DNA of 35,570 nt from a virus (IMGVR_UViG_3300020045_020219:1-35570), one strand, 5' to 3'; positions 8,812 to 17,930 are shown, counted from the first letter of the stretch. Numbers and translations: made by a program. Notes: generated by a model not told the origin, from the sequence alone.

Positions 8812-11800
8812 TCAAGAGTTCTTTGTTGAATTATTAAAAGTTTCAGCGAAAAATTTTATCCCATCTCCAAACAATTTAACATTTTCAGCAGACCGATTTC
8901 TTAACACATAAGAAGGATGAACACACCATATAACATTGGCTTTTACCTTTTCGATCCATTCCATTGTCCCTGATGCTTTTGTTATTCCTGCTTGCTTTCC
9001 GCTTAAGGTATAATAAGCAGAACCACCAAGAGCAAGGATCAATTTACAATCCATTGACTTTATTTCTTCAACCATCCATTTATGGAAACAGGTATCAATT
9101 TGTTCATGAGATGGGGTCCTGGAAATTTTAGGAAAACATTTTACCGTATTTCCAACATGAAGCATCCTTCTATTGATTTTATATTTCAATAATTCATCCC
9201 ATAACATTTCGCCAGGGTCACCAACAAAATTTTGACCTTTTTCATCGTCAATTTTCCCTGGATAATCCCCTATAACTAAAACATTATAAGTCCCTTCACT
9301 GGATAAAACAACTTGATATGCTTCTTTTCTTAAATCACATTCGTAGCAATCAAGAACTTTTTTATCTATAACAGCTTTCTTCTTAATAACATCGATTTTT
9401 GATATTGCAATAGAAGAACAACCTGAACCTATATCAAATTGAAAATATTCTTCATAGTTATCGGGTCGAGCTTTTATGTCAGGGTCAAAGGCTTTTATTT
9501 CAGATAATATTTTCTGTGTGCTTGTCTGGTTAACTGCTGTGTTCTGGACATTAAAAAATCCTTTTTTAGGTGCTTTCGGAGGTGACATATTAATACACTT
9601 TAAAGCTTCCTTTTCACCAATCCCTTTGATTTCAATAAAAGGCATGTATAAGTTATTATCTTTAACTATCCATTTATCCGCCTCAGAGATTCCTACTTTA
9701 GGGGTGACAACATACATTCCTTTCTTTTCTGCTTCCTCTATTAATTTACCTTTGTCCCCATCTTCACCATATGTTAAATAGGCACAGGTATATTCGGCAG
9801 GAAAATATAGTTTTGCCCAAGCAGTCCAGTAGCCAATCATAGCGTATTCAATAGAATGCGCCAAATTAAAGCCATACGAAGCCCATTCAAGCAACCCTTC
9901 CCAGAATTCTTCTGCTTGTTTTTGAGTCAAAGTATTTTTATTTCTGCAACCTTCTAAAAATTGAATTCTAAAAGGTTCAAATTCTTTTGGGTCTCTTTTC
10001 TTTCCAATAACCTTTCTTATTTTATCTGCATCAGCTCCTGAAAAACCTGCAAGGTCAGTCATAGCCTTCATCATTTGCTCTTGATAGACCATAACTCCAT
10101 AGGTATCTTTTGTTATTTCATCGTATATTTTATGGATGCTTTGCCATTTTTGTCCTTTCTTTCTTTTGACATATAAATCCGACATTCCGGATTCCTTCGG
10201 CCCTGGCCTTGCAATAGCAATTACTGCTGAAATATCTTCAATATTTTGAACTCCAGCTTCTATGCAAAACTTTGTGCAATCATATCCGGTTAATTGAAAA
10301 ATACCTGCTGTTTGTCCTTTTGAGATATAATTGTAAACTTCTGGATCGTTAAAAGGCAAAACGCTCCATTCAAATTTTTTGTTTGAAATAGGATAGGAAA
10401 GCCCTTCTATATCAGAATCATTTTCTTTTCCAAACCACCAACTACTTGACTCAGGATGAAAATACAAATACTCTCCATAATTTTTGAAAATCAGTCTTTT
10501 ACATTCATTCAAAACAGTTAAAGTACCAAGTTTCAAAACATCTATTTTTATTAAACCAGTATGTTCAGAATCTTCCATGTCCCAGTTAATAACTTTTTTA
10601 TCTTCTCTCAAGGTTAAATGACATCTATTTGTGTTTCTTAAATCGTCTCTTGAAACTATTAATCCAGCAGGATGTTGACCTTTTGCTTTAACCTGCCCTT
10701 CCAAATTACAACAATGTTCGAACTGTTCTGGGTATTTATTAGAAAATAATTTCCCTTCAACTGTTTCTAATGTATGTTTAAGAATTTCATCTTTATGGTC
10801 TCCAACAGTTATCGACTTTGCATATTCATCAATATCTTTTGAAGGTAGTTCGAAGGTACTGCTAACATCCCTTACAATGGCTCTAGCTTGCATTCTAATG
10901 AATGTATTTATTCCAGCTATGTTATAGCTACCATATTCCTTTTCAAGGTGTTCTCGGACAAGATAAGCCTTTTCTTTGTCGAAGTCGATGTCTATATCAG
11001 GGAAATCTATACGTTCGGGATTAATAAATCTTTCAAATAATGTTCCGTACTTCAAAGGATCAACTTCTGTAATGCCTAGCAAATAAGCTATGAGAGAGCC
11101 ACCTACCGATCCGCGACCAGGGCCGATTAGAATATCATTCTTTTTGCACCATTCAACCAATTCATAAATCACAAGAAAGTATCTAGCAAAATTTTTGTCT
11201 TTAATAATTTTGAGCTCATAAGAATATCTGTCCTCATAAGCTTTGTCCCATTTAACTCTTGAAACATGCTCAAAAAGATTGCTTTTACCGAAATGGTCAA
11301 GAATATCCGCAGAGGATTCGTTTCCGCCTTTTTCATATTTGGTTAAAGGAAGTTCGATATTCAATTTGGGAATTTTGAAATCTATCATATCGGAAATTTT
11401 ATTTGTATTACTCATCGCAATAGATATTTGTCTATCAGATAAAATTCCTTGTCTATTGAAAGCAATTCTTAACTCTCTTTCATCTTTCAGATGAAGACCT
11501 TGCACTTCAAATTTCCATCTATTAGGATCATTCCATTTTGCTCTTCTCTGAATTGCTAATAACACCTCTTGGGATTTAGCGTGTTCCATCAAAACATAAT
11601 GGCAGTCATTAGAGGCAACCAATGAAGCTTTTGAATTACCAAAAAGTTCAAGGCATAATTGGTTTGTTTTAATCTGTTGCTCTATTTTATGAGGCATAAC
11701 TTCAAGGAAAATGTTAGAAGAAAAGGCATTCAATAATTCATAGAATACTTCTTTGCCATTAGGCTGCCATAAAAAGGAACTTGTGCAGGCGGTTAAAATA

Positions 11801-12186
11801 ATCAACCCATCATTCATGTTATTCTTTAATGTTTTGAAATCAATTCTCGGTCGATTATAAAAACCTTCTATATTGGCAATTGTGAGCATATCAAGAAGAG
11901 ATTTCCAGCCTTTTTCATTCTTGACTAATATCGTAATATGCCCTCTTTTCTCTCCTTGATTTTTTATAGTTAAATCCGGGACAATATAAAGTTCAGAACC
12001 TATAATTGGTTTGATGTTTTCTTTAATACAAGTTCTTTGAAATTTAAGAGCACCATCTATATTGGCATGGTCGGTGATAGCAATTGCTTCCATTCCAATT
12101 TCTTTTGCTCTTTTAACATATTGTTCAGGAGAGCCCATACCATCAAGAGCGCTGAATTCAGTGTGATTATGAAGTGAAACATACAT
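8812..12186 (-). CDS. dnaE: DNA polymerase III alpha (PHP + Pol core + HhH) fused to a C-terminal family-4 UDG-like domain
   Basis: LHNHTEFS.LDG, AITDH, SNDCHY, GRGSVGGS, PDIDIDF, KIDVL, YQEQ, YGFN.AH, IKGIG; the last roughly 180 aa have C..C.L, GDYPG, FVG..G, NTVKC.P, LG, HPS. Confidence 0.93.
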   Translation of the reverse strand: MYVSLHNHTEFSALDGMGSPEQYVKRAKEIGMEAIAITDHANIDGALKFQRTCIKENIKPIIGSELYIVPDLTIKNQGEKRGHITILVKNEKGWKSLLDMLTIANIEGFYNRPRIDFKTLKNNMNDGLIILTACTSSFLWQPNGKEVFYELLNAFSSNIFLEVMPHKIEQQIKTNQLCLELFGNSKASLVASNDCHYVLMEHAKSQEVLLAIQRRAKWNDPNRWKFEVQGLHLKDERELRIAFNRQGILSDRQISIAMSNTNKISDMIDFKIPKLNIELPLTKYEKGGNESSADILDHFGKSNLFEHVSRVKWDKAYEDRYSYELKIIKDKNFARYFLVIYELVEWCKKNDILIGPGRGSVGGSLIAYLLGITEVDPLKYGTLFERFINPERIDFPDIDIDFDKEKAYLVREHLEKEYGSYNIAGINTFIRMQARAIVRDVSSTFELPSKDIDEYAKSITVGDHKDEILKHTLETVEGKLFSNKYPEQFEHCCNLEGQVKAKGQHPAGLIVSRDDLRNTNRCHLTLREDKKVINWDMEDSEHTGLIKIDVLKLGTLTVLNECKRLIFKNYGEYLYFHPESSSWWFGKENDSDIEGLSYPISNKKFEWSVLPFNDPEVYNYISKGQTAGIFQLTGYDCTKFCIEAGVQNIEDISAVIAIARPGPKESGMSDLYVKRKKGQKWQSIHKIYDEITKDTYGVMVYQEQMMKAMTDLAGFSGADADKIRKVIGKKRDPKEFEPFRIQFLEGCRNKNTLTQKQAEEFWEGLLEWASYGFNLAHSIEYAMIGYWTAWAKLYFPAEYTCAYLTYGEDGDKGKLIEEAEKKGMYVVTPKVGISEADKWIVKDNNLYMPFIEIKGIGEKEALKCINMSPPKAPKKGFFNVQNTAVNQTSTQKILSEIKAFDPDIKARPDNYEEYFQFDIGSGCSSIAISKIDVIKKKAVIDKKVLDCYECDLRKEAYQVVLSSEGTYNVLVIGDYPGKIDDEKGQNFVGDPGEMLWDELLKYKINRRMLHVGNTVKCFPKISRTPSHEQIDTCFHKWMVEEIKSMDCKLILALGGSAYYTLSGKQAGITKASGTMEWIEKVKANVIWCVHPSYVLRNRSAENVKLFGDGIKFFAETFNNSTKNS

Positions 12187-13220
12187 TATTTTAAATCCTC
12201 TATAATATTATTTTTTAATTCTTCCTTTGATGGTATATAATCAACATATCTAATAAATTTCCATCCAATATTTTCTAACTCTTTTTGTCTTTTATTATCG
12301 TATTCTTTATTTTGATGCCAATAAGAACCATCATATTCAATGGCAATCTTTAATTCAGGAATAGCTATATCAATTGAAAAATTTAATGAAGGATAATTTA
12401 AAATTGCTTGAGGATATAATTGTTTTATTAATTTTAAAAGTTCAACTTGGGGTTTGGAAGGGTTTTGATTAAAAGAAAGTGCATGGGCAGCACCTCCATT
12501 AAGCATTCTATTTCTTGTCTTCTCTATATTTTCTTTCCGACTAAAGGGATTATTATTTTTAAGTCTAAAACTTCTATGGGCAGCTATACATTTTTTACTA
12601 CAACAAAAATTTTCTTGATGTTCTAATGAATATTTTGTTGTTTTCATTATTTTTTTACAAATACAACATTTGACTTCAAAAATATTTTGTGATATCCCAC
12701 CCTTCCAATTATAATGATTTTCTCCTGATGTCTTTTCTTTGATTTCAGGCGAATTCCTTATTTTTTTTAATTTTTCTCTATATTCCTCACTTTGCATTAT
12801 ACGAAGATGTTTAGCTTTATGAATAGGATTTTTCAAAGGATGATTATTGCCTAAAAATTTAGCAACAATTTCTGGCCTTTTCATAGGATGATGATCTTCA
12901 AAAGACCATTTACCCATACAATATAAAGAACAAAAAAATTTAAAAGAAATTGAGTTTTTATAACTATTTAATTCAACTTTTTTAATTTTTCCACAATAAA
13001 AACATTTTACGAATATTGATCTATGATTGCCTTTAAAATCAATATTAATTATTTCCCTCTCAGGAGAGTTTCTTATACTTTTTATTTGTTCGTTTATCAT
13101 TTCATAATCCTCAAAAGAAAAACCTTGAGAGTGAACAAAGCTGGAAACAGCTCCTTCATACGTCGCCATATGAAGACTCTCAAGGTTTATTAAGTTATTA
13201 TTAAAGTTTTGCATTTCCAT
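12186..13220 (-). CDS. free-standing homing endonuclease-like protein (NUMOD3/Zn modules + Vsr/DUF559-like nuclease)
   Basis: FCS..C modules, GENHYNWKGG, DIAIPELKIAIEYDGSYWH...D..R...L...GW; start 13220 or 13229. Confidence 0.75.
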   Translation of the reverse strand: MEMQNFNNNLINLESLHMATYEGAVSSFVHSQGFSFEDYEMINEQIKSIRNSPEREIINIDFKGNHRSIFVKCFYCGKIKKVELNSYKNSISFKFFCSLYCMGKWSFEDHHPMKRPEIVAKFLGNNHPLKNPIHKAKHLRIMQSEEYREKLKKIRNSPEIKEKTSGENHYNWKGGISQNIFEVKCCICKKIMKTTKYSLEHQENFCCSKKCIAAHRSFRLKNNNPFSRKENIEKTRNRMLNGGAAHALSFNQNPSKPQVELLKLIKQLYPQAILNYPSLNFSIDIAIPELKIAIEYDGSYWHQNKEYDNKRQKELENIGWKFIRYVDYIPSKEELKNNIIEDLK

Positions 13221-13265
13221 ACTGTTCAACTATATTATCGGATTCTTTTGAGAATATTTAAAGGT

Positions 13266-13544
13266 TTATTTTAATTTCATTTTCTTACTTTTTATGGTAT
13301 AATAAATTAATAATCCAGTATAATAAGTATTCGTTAACATTATAGCGATTCCTCCTATAAAACTACACCATTGATTCAAGAAAGGATAGTAATATAAATT
13401 CCAAAAAGCCCACAATGTAAAATAAGAAATATGAACCCACGAAATGCCTTTAACTTTCTTATCTTTATATAATTTCAAGATACTAAATAAAATAAAAGGA
13501 GAGGCTAATAATTCAAAGGAGCCATTAATAATATCAGGAGTCAT
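13266..13544 (-). CDS. PQ-loop/SemiSWEET-like 3-TM membrane protein
   Basis: LKLYKDKKVKGIS loop and three hydrophobic helices. Confidence 0.65.
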   Translation of the reverse strand: MTPDIINGSFELLASPFILFSILKLYKDKKVKGISWVHISYFTLWAFWNLYYYPFLNQWCSFIGGIAIMLTNTYYTGLLIYYTIKSKKMKLK

Positions 13545-13694
13545 TTATTTTTCCTTATTGAACAAATCGCTTAGTAAGAAAATTGCTTTGATATAGCCAC
13601 GTTCTAAACCAAGAGAAATAAGCCCTGCTAAAAATCCGAGAGGAAAGAGACAGTAACAAAAAAAGACATATACAATTTTGATAAAAGTTTTCAT
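13545..13694 (-). CDS. small membrane protein (49 aa)
   Basis: Not in the track; ATGA overlap with the upstream gene; hydrophobic. Confidence 0.55.
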   Translation of the reverse strand: MKTFIKIVYVFFCYCLFPLGFLAGLISLGLERGYIKAIFLLSDLFNKEK

Positions 13695-14227
13695 CTGATA
13701 TTATTCCTTTCACAGATTCTTAAAAAAGCAAAAGCAGCTTCCATTTCTGTTAATCTTGGGAATGGAGTTAAATCAAAAGGCGGATATCTTAATTGCCAAC
13801 TTTCGGGAGGGTCTGGCATAAAAAGAGGCTGCTCATTAGAACAGATTTTTTCATCTACATATTCAACTTCATTGGATAATGGATATTGTAAACTATATTT
13901 GTCAAAAATAACTTTCAACAAATTATCTTCAATTTTTCTGAACTCTTCAAAACAATCCATATTTTTTAAAGGAGAAGGAACGTCAGGCAAATAAGCTTCC
14001 GCTGCATCATGAAATAAGCCTTCGAGTGGATTAATAATACAGAATTTATATACCAATAAAGAATGCTCCATTACTGTGTATCTTTGGTTTGACTGGCAAT
14101 TATATCTGACTTTCCCGGACACCCCCCAAGCAATATCAATTAACGAAATATCTTTTGGCTGAGGATCAAGTAAATCAATCTTTTTACCTGTATAAGATTG
14201 AACCCATCTTATATCATCTTTTGTCAT
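13691..14227 (-). CDS. HD-domain 5'-deoxynucleotidase (YfbR/YfdR-like)
   Basis: DIA.G.....RY, YTV.EHS, LFHDAAEAYL.D.PSPLK. Confidence 0.85.
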   Translation of the reverse strand: MTKDDIRWVQSYTGKKIDLLDPQPKDISLIDIAWGVSGKVRYNCQSNQRYTVMEHSLLVYKFCIINPLEGLFHDAAEAYLPDVPSPLKNMDCFEEFRKIEDNLLKVIFDKYSLQYPLSNEVEYVDEKICSNEQPLFMPDPPESWQLRYPPFDLTPFPRLTEMEAAFAFLRICERNNIR

Positions 14228-14228
14228 T

Positions 14229-14684
14229 TTACCATCCTAAATAATCGATTGTATTTGAGAGCATTTGATAGATATCGTCGCTGATTTGAAATCTTTTTTT
14301 ATTAATCTCTAAACTCTTTCTGATATCCCCTTCGGGACTGCGTAATGAAGATGCTTTCCAATCGCATAACATTTCAACGATATCAATAAGATTCATATCC
14401 TTTATTCCATTTTTATGAAACTGTGGATGATGTCTATTATTGGTATAATGATGATTAAGAGCGTCTTCCATTTCATTAACTATTTGTTTATTATATGCTT
14501 CTGAACCATATACTAAAGTTTTTATTTTAGGGGTGACAATATCAAAGACTTCTTTTTCTGGAGATTGAAGTTTAGTTGCATCATGGAAAGCAGCTCTGAA
14601 AGAATTTTCTTCGTTAATCCTTCGGATAAAATCTGCTACTTTGGATATATGATTTAATGTTTCTTGAGTGCTATCGTATGTCAA
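14229..14684 (-). CDS. HD-like protein (DUF5662-type)
   Basis: T..HI, HDATKL, HHY..NRHHP, EMLCDW.A. Confidence 0.75.
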   Translation of the reverse strand: MTYDSTQETLNHISKVADFIRRINEENSFRAAFHDATKLQSPEKEVFDIVTPKIKTLVYGSEAYNKQIVNEMEDALNHHYTNNRHHPQFHKNGIKDMNLIDIVEMLCDWKASSLRSPEGDIRKSLEINKKRFQISDDIYQMLSNTIDYLGW

Positions 14685-14970
14685 CTTTTCCTACCTGCTT
14701 AATTAATTTATTATTTTCAAGAACTAAAATTTCATGAAGCATTTTGAAAAGAATTTCTTTTTTTCTCATAATTTCTGAAATAACCAAAGATAGAGATATG
14801 CTATTATTGGCTTTATCAACAAAAGTTTTTGCAGAGGCTTCTTTAAAAAATAATACTAATTGTCCTTCAAAAGATGATTTTAAAATATAATTTTTCACAT
14901 CCTCCTCTGTATCAAATTCTGTCTTATCAGGTGCAATAAATTTTTCAACTTTTTTAATTTCAAAAAACAT
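14671..14970 (-). CDS. hypothetical protein
   Basis: AGGAG SD before ATG 14970; FIAPDKTEFDTEED motif. Confidence 0.7.
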   Translation of the reverse strand: MFFEIKKVEKFIAPDKTEFDTEEDVKNYILKSSFEGQLVLFFKEASAKTFVDKANNSISLSLVISEIMRKKEILFKMLHEILVLENNKLIKQVGKVDIR

Positions 14971-14990
14971 TTCTTTCTCCTTAAAAATAA

Positions 14991-15105
14991 ACTTGTGAGG
15001 TAGAAAATTCAATAAGGGATTATTAATTTCCCATTTTAACATATTATATAAAAAATATCAATTATGCCTCAGTCAAGAAAATTAATAAAAATCTACCTCA
15101 CAAGT
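14991..15105. repeat. 14-bp perfect inverted repeat enclosing promoter motif copy 3
   Basis: ACTTGTGAGGTAGA (14991-15004) / TCTACCTCACAAGT (15092-15105), 87-nt spacer. Confidence 0.85.
15042..15054 (-). promoter_or_regulatory. Repeated promoter-like motif (copy 3)
   Basis: Exact TTTTTATATAATA. Confidence 0.55.
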
Positions 15106-15107
15106 CC

Positions 15108-15128
15108 TTGAGCAACCAATTTGCTCAA
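15108..15128 (-). other. 8-bp hairpin just 3' of the tRNA (processing or termination signal?)
   Basis: TTGAGCAA-ccaat-TTGCTCAA; no clear U tract. Confidence 0.4.
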
Positions 15129-15130
15129 AC

Positions 15131-15204
15131 TGGCAGGGGCAGTAAGAATCGAACTCACTTAGACAGATCCAAAGTCTGTTGGCTAACCAATCACCCATGC
15201 CCCT
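15131..15204 (-). tRNA. tRNA-Gln (UUG) with encoded CCA
   Basis: Acceptor AGGGGCA/TGCCCCT-G-CCA; anticodon arm ACAGA-CT TTG GA-TCTGT; T arm GTGAG-TTCGATT-CTTAC; weak D stem. Confidence 0.88.
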
Positions 15205-15277
15205 AATTTTTAATCCCAACCAAATAACCGCATATTCAGATAAAGCCAAATGTAATGTTCCTTAATCGCTCAGCGAG

Positions 15278-16510
15278 TTATCTAGTTGGGTTATTTTTCT
15301 TCATTTCTAAATATTTTCCATAAGCTTCACTTTTCGGCTGTTGAAATCCTAAACCTTTACACCACCAATCGTTCCTAAGTAGAATTTTGCACATTCTTCT
15401 CCAAGAAGGAGCCCAATGTTTATTTTCTAAAACTCTTGGCGCTGCATCAGGGATTTCTTTAATATAGCCTCTTTCTTTCCATCCCTTTATGAAAACTTTA
15501 AATCTTTCAAGATAATGATCTCTTGTAATTTTTGGCATAGTTTTAAGAAGAAGGTTACAAAAACTTTTATATGTATGCCCTTCAGGAAGAGTTATTTTAT
15601 CATTTCCCATTATATTTCCTTTTTCTTGGATATACATTGCTCCAAAATTAGCTCCATTGACTCTTGAAACTAATTTATACCAAGACTCAGGTTCTAAGAT
15701 ATGATAGAGCCATAATCCTTTCTTTTGATCGTCTCCATAAGGTTGACACAACCTTTGATTCGCTATTGGGACCAAAGCTTTATACATCATTTCATATATA
15801 GAATTAAATATTTTATGAGGATTCAAAAAATGATATTTCCAAATATCAGAAACTTTCCAATCATATATCGGATAAATATTATAAAGATCGTCTAAAACTT
15901 TTGTTGTAAACCTTTTATTTTGAAAAGTTTCCTTTTTATAACTTGCTATAGTTCGAAATCTATTCAAGCTTTCATCAGCTCTTATTCCAACAAAACAAGC
16001 TGTTCTTTTATTATTATTTATGCTTTTATACCAATCTCCAAACAAAATTATAAATTCTTCAAATTCCATCCTTCTATTAAAAAAGGGGAAAAATTTTGAA
16101 TCAGAAATTACTCCAGGATATTTTGGCATTTCTCTTACCCAAAATTCTTTTTTATTTTCATCCCAGGGAGTCCAAGATGGTTCAAAGGCGCTAACTGAAT
16201 TTCTTAATGCCAAAGGTAAACAAACCCAATATAAATGAATATATTCTTTATAAAGTTCAAACATTTTTTGAGCATGACCTGATGTCGCTTTATACTGTGC
16301 TTCAAAATCAATTAATAAAATTCCAATTTTTCTTTTTCTTTTAATTGCTTCATCTACAACTAAATGAAACATTGTAGTGCTATCTTTTCCCCCGCTGAAA
16401 CTCAAATAAATAGATTCGAAATTATCAAAAACATACGATATTCTATCTTGCGCTGCTTCTAAAACATTTTTATTAATAAACCTTTTTAATTTATTATCTT
16501 TATAATCCAT
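15278..16510 (-). CDS. PAPS-reductase-like/DUF3440 protein (YbdN/IbrA family)
   Basis: SFSGGKDS PP-loop, GIRADESLNR, PIYDW...DIW, QRLCQPYG, RVNGANFG, PSWRR.C..LLRND. Confidence 0.9.
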   Translation of the reverse strand: MDYKDNKLKRFINKNVLEAAQDRISYVFDNFESIYLSFSGGKDSTTMFHLVVDEAIKRKRKIGILLIDFEAQYKATSGHAQKMFELYKEYIHLYWVCLPLALRNSVSAFEPSWTPWDENKKEFWVREMPKYPGVISDSKFFPFFNRRMEFEEFIILFGDWYKSINNNKRTACFVGIRADESLNRFRTIASYKKETFQNKRFTTKVLDDLYNIYPIYDWKVSDIWKYHFLNPHKIFNSIYEMMYKALVPIANQRLCQPYGDDQKKGLWLYHILEPESWYKLVSRVNGANFGAMYIQEKGNIMGNDKITLPEGHTYKSFCNLLLKTMPKITRDHYLERFKVFIKGWKERGYIKEIPDAAPRVLENKHWAPSWRRMCKILLRNDWWCKGLGFQQPKSEAYGKYLEMKKNNPTR

Positions 16511-16511
16511 T

Positions 16512-16934
16512 TTAATATAAATTTGGCTCCGTTTTAGATTGTGCTTCGTTCATAGTCAAAGGTCTTTCTCCATGTTTTTCTAACCAGATATTTAAATATT
16601 TTAACGCACTTTCATTTGCTTTGTTTTGTTGTTCTTCTGATAATCTATGGAATCCTACTCTAAAACAAGAGGGAATATGAAATCGATAAGCTAAGGCAGC
16701 TTGCCCTAGCCAAGCTATCCGATTCATTCTTTCATTAGTTAAATAATGTTCACAAGAATATTTCCATTCAGTAATAACCTTATTTAAAACTTCTTCAAAA
16801 AAATCAATATTTGTTAATAGATTAATATAACAAGAAACAGCTTCTTCCTTGGTCATTCCTTCTGGAGGATTGTCTTCATAAAACCCTGCTGGATAACATT
16901 CCCATTTTTCCCAAGTATGAAATATTCTATTCAC
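16512..16934 (-). CDS. conserved hypothetical protein between IbrB- and IbrA-like genes
   Basis: WEKWEC...GFY, W..SCEH.LTN..MNRIAWLGQAA. Confidence 0.75.
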   Translation of the reverse strand: MNRIFHTWEKWECYPAGFYEDNPPEGMTKEEAVSCYINLLTNIDFFEEVLNKVITEWKYSCEHYLTNERMNRIAWLGQAALAYRFHIPSCFRVGFHRLSEEQQNKANESALKYLNIWLEKHGERPLTMNEAQSKTEPNLY

Positions 16935-17727
16935 TTTCAGAGTCCTCTAAAACATTTCCATAAATTTCTTCATCATCAAATATTTCCGACTCCCAAGCTT
17001 GAGAAAAATCTACATTTCCAAACATTTCCAGTAACCCATTTATCTGGCATAACCTTAAAACTTCATCTGGTTCCATTCCCAATTCTTTACCGATTCTGTC
17101 GTTAGTCCAATTTCTTTTCCTTAATTCGATAACTATATCTTTCATTCCATCAACAGTATGCTTTCCTCTTGCTCTATTATGTCTTATTGTAGAGGCTATA
17201 CGATCGTTTTTATTTTCTCTTTCTGCATTGATAATAGATAAAGGAAGATATCCAAAAATTCTTTCTTTTATATTTGAGCATTCTTTACCTACTCTATTTC
17301 TATGAAAGCCGTCTACAACTTCAAAATTTTCTTCTTTACTCCAAGCAACTATAGGTTGAGTATATCCATCGCAATCTATAGAATGTTCAAGTAGTTTCAT
17401 TTCTGGAGGGGCGACTACATTGGGATTATAATCATTTGCTTTAATATTTTCTGATCTAACCCAAACAACACAATCAACAGGTTCATTCTTAAAAGGAGAA
17501 TTTGAATGCAACAGTTGTTTTATTCTATTTATTGTTTCTATCTTATCTTCAAGAGATAATGATTCTAATTCTTTAAAAAGTATTTCTGATTTTTGACAAA
17601 TTTCATTATCAATTTTTCCAATGCCTCCAAATCTATTCCGGTCTAATAAAGAAATAGATTTGGAGGGTTTTTCTATTTGCTCTTTTTCTTTTACTTGAAT
17701 TTTAAAGAATCCTGGTCTATCTTTCAT
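16927..17727 (-). CDS. ParB/Srx-like protein (YbdM/IbrB family)
   Basis: PVDCVVWV, ANDYNPN.VAPPEM.LL, DGYTQPIV, VVDGFHR, STIRHNRARG.H, I.KELGM..DEVLRL.Q. Confidence 0.9.
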   Translation of the reverse strand: MKDRPGFFKIQVKEKEQIEKPSKSISLLDRNRFGGIGKIDNEICQKSEILFKELESLSLEDKIETINRIKQLLHSNSPFKNEPVDCVVWVRSENIKANDYNPNVVAPPEMKLLEHSIDCDGYTQPIVAWSKEENFEVVDGFHRNRVGKECSNIKERIFGYLPLSIINAERENKNDRIASTIRHNRARGKHTVDGMKDIVIELRKRNWTNDRIGKELGMEPDEVLRLCQINGLLEMFGNVDFSQAWESEIFDDEEIYGNVLEDSESE

Positions 17728-17930
17728 TTCTTTAACGTTTTAAATCCTTTCAGCTCTGAATTATCCCAACCCTGATTCCATAAATTTCTAAAAACTCTTG
17801 ACCAAGTCGGCCCGCCTTTTGAATTAAGTTTATCAGGGTAAGGATTTTTATTTTTATCTGTTCCAATACTTCTCGCAATATAACCCTTTTCATAAGCCCG
17901 TTTAAAAGCTTTATTTCGAGTTACTATCAT
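17724..17930 (-). CDS. ribosome modulation factor (Rmf)-like small protein
   Basis: RAYEKGY.A...G.....PY...W..GW. Confidence 0.55.
   Translation of the reverse strand: MIVTRNKAFKRAYEKGYIARSIGTDKNKNPYPDKLNSKGGPTWSRVFRNLWNQGWDNSELKGFKTLKK

Noticed and set aside
8812-12186. Intein or intron in dnaE
   Set aside because: Motif spacing is normal apart from a short insert of about 30 aa; no splice-junction or LAGLIDADG motifs.
15278-16510. True CysH sulfate-assimilation gene or a complete Dnd/Ssp system
   Set aside because: No C-terminal ECG(L/I)H motif; DUF3440-type tail; no DndD/E or SspB/C recognisable.
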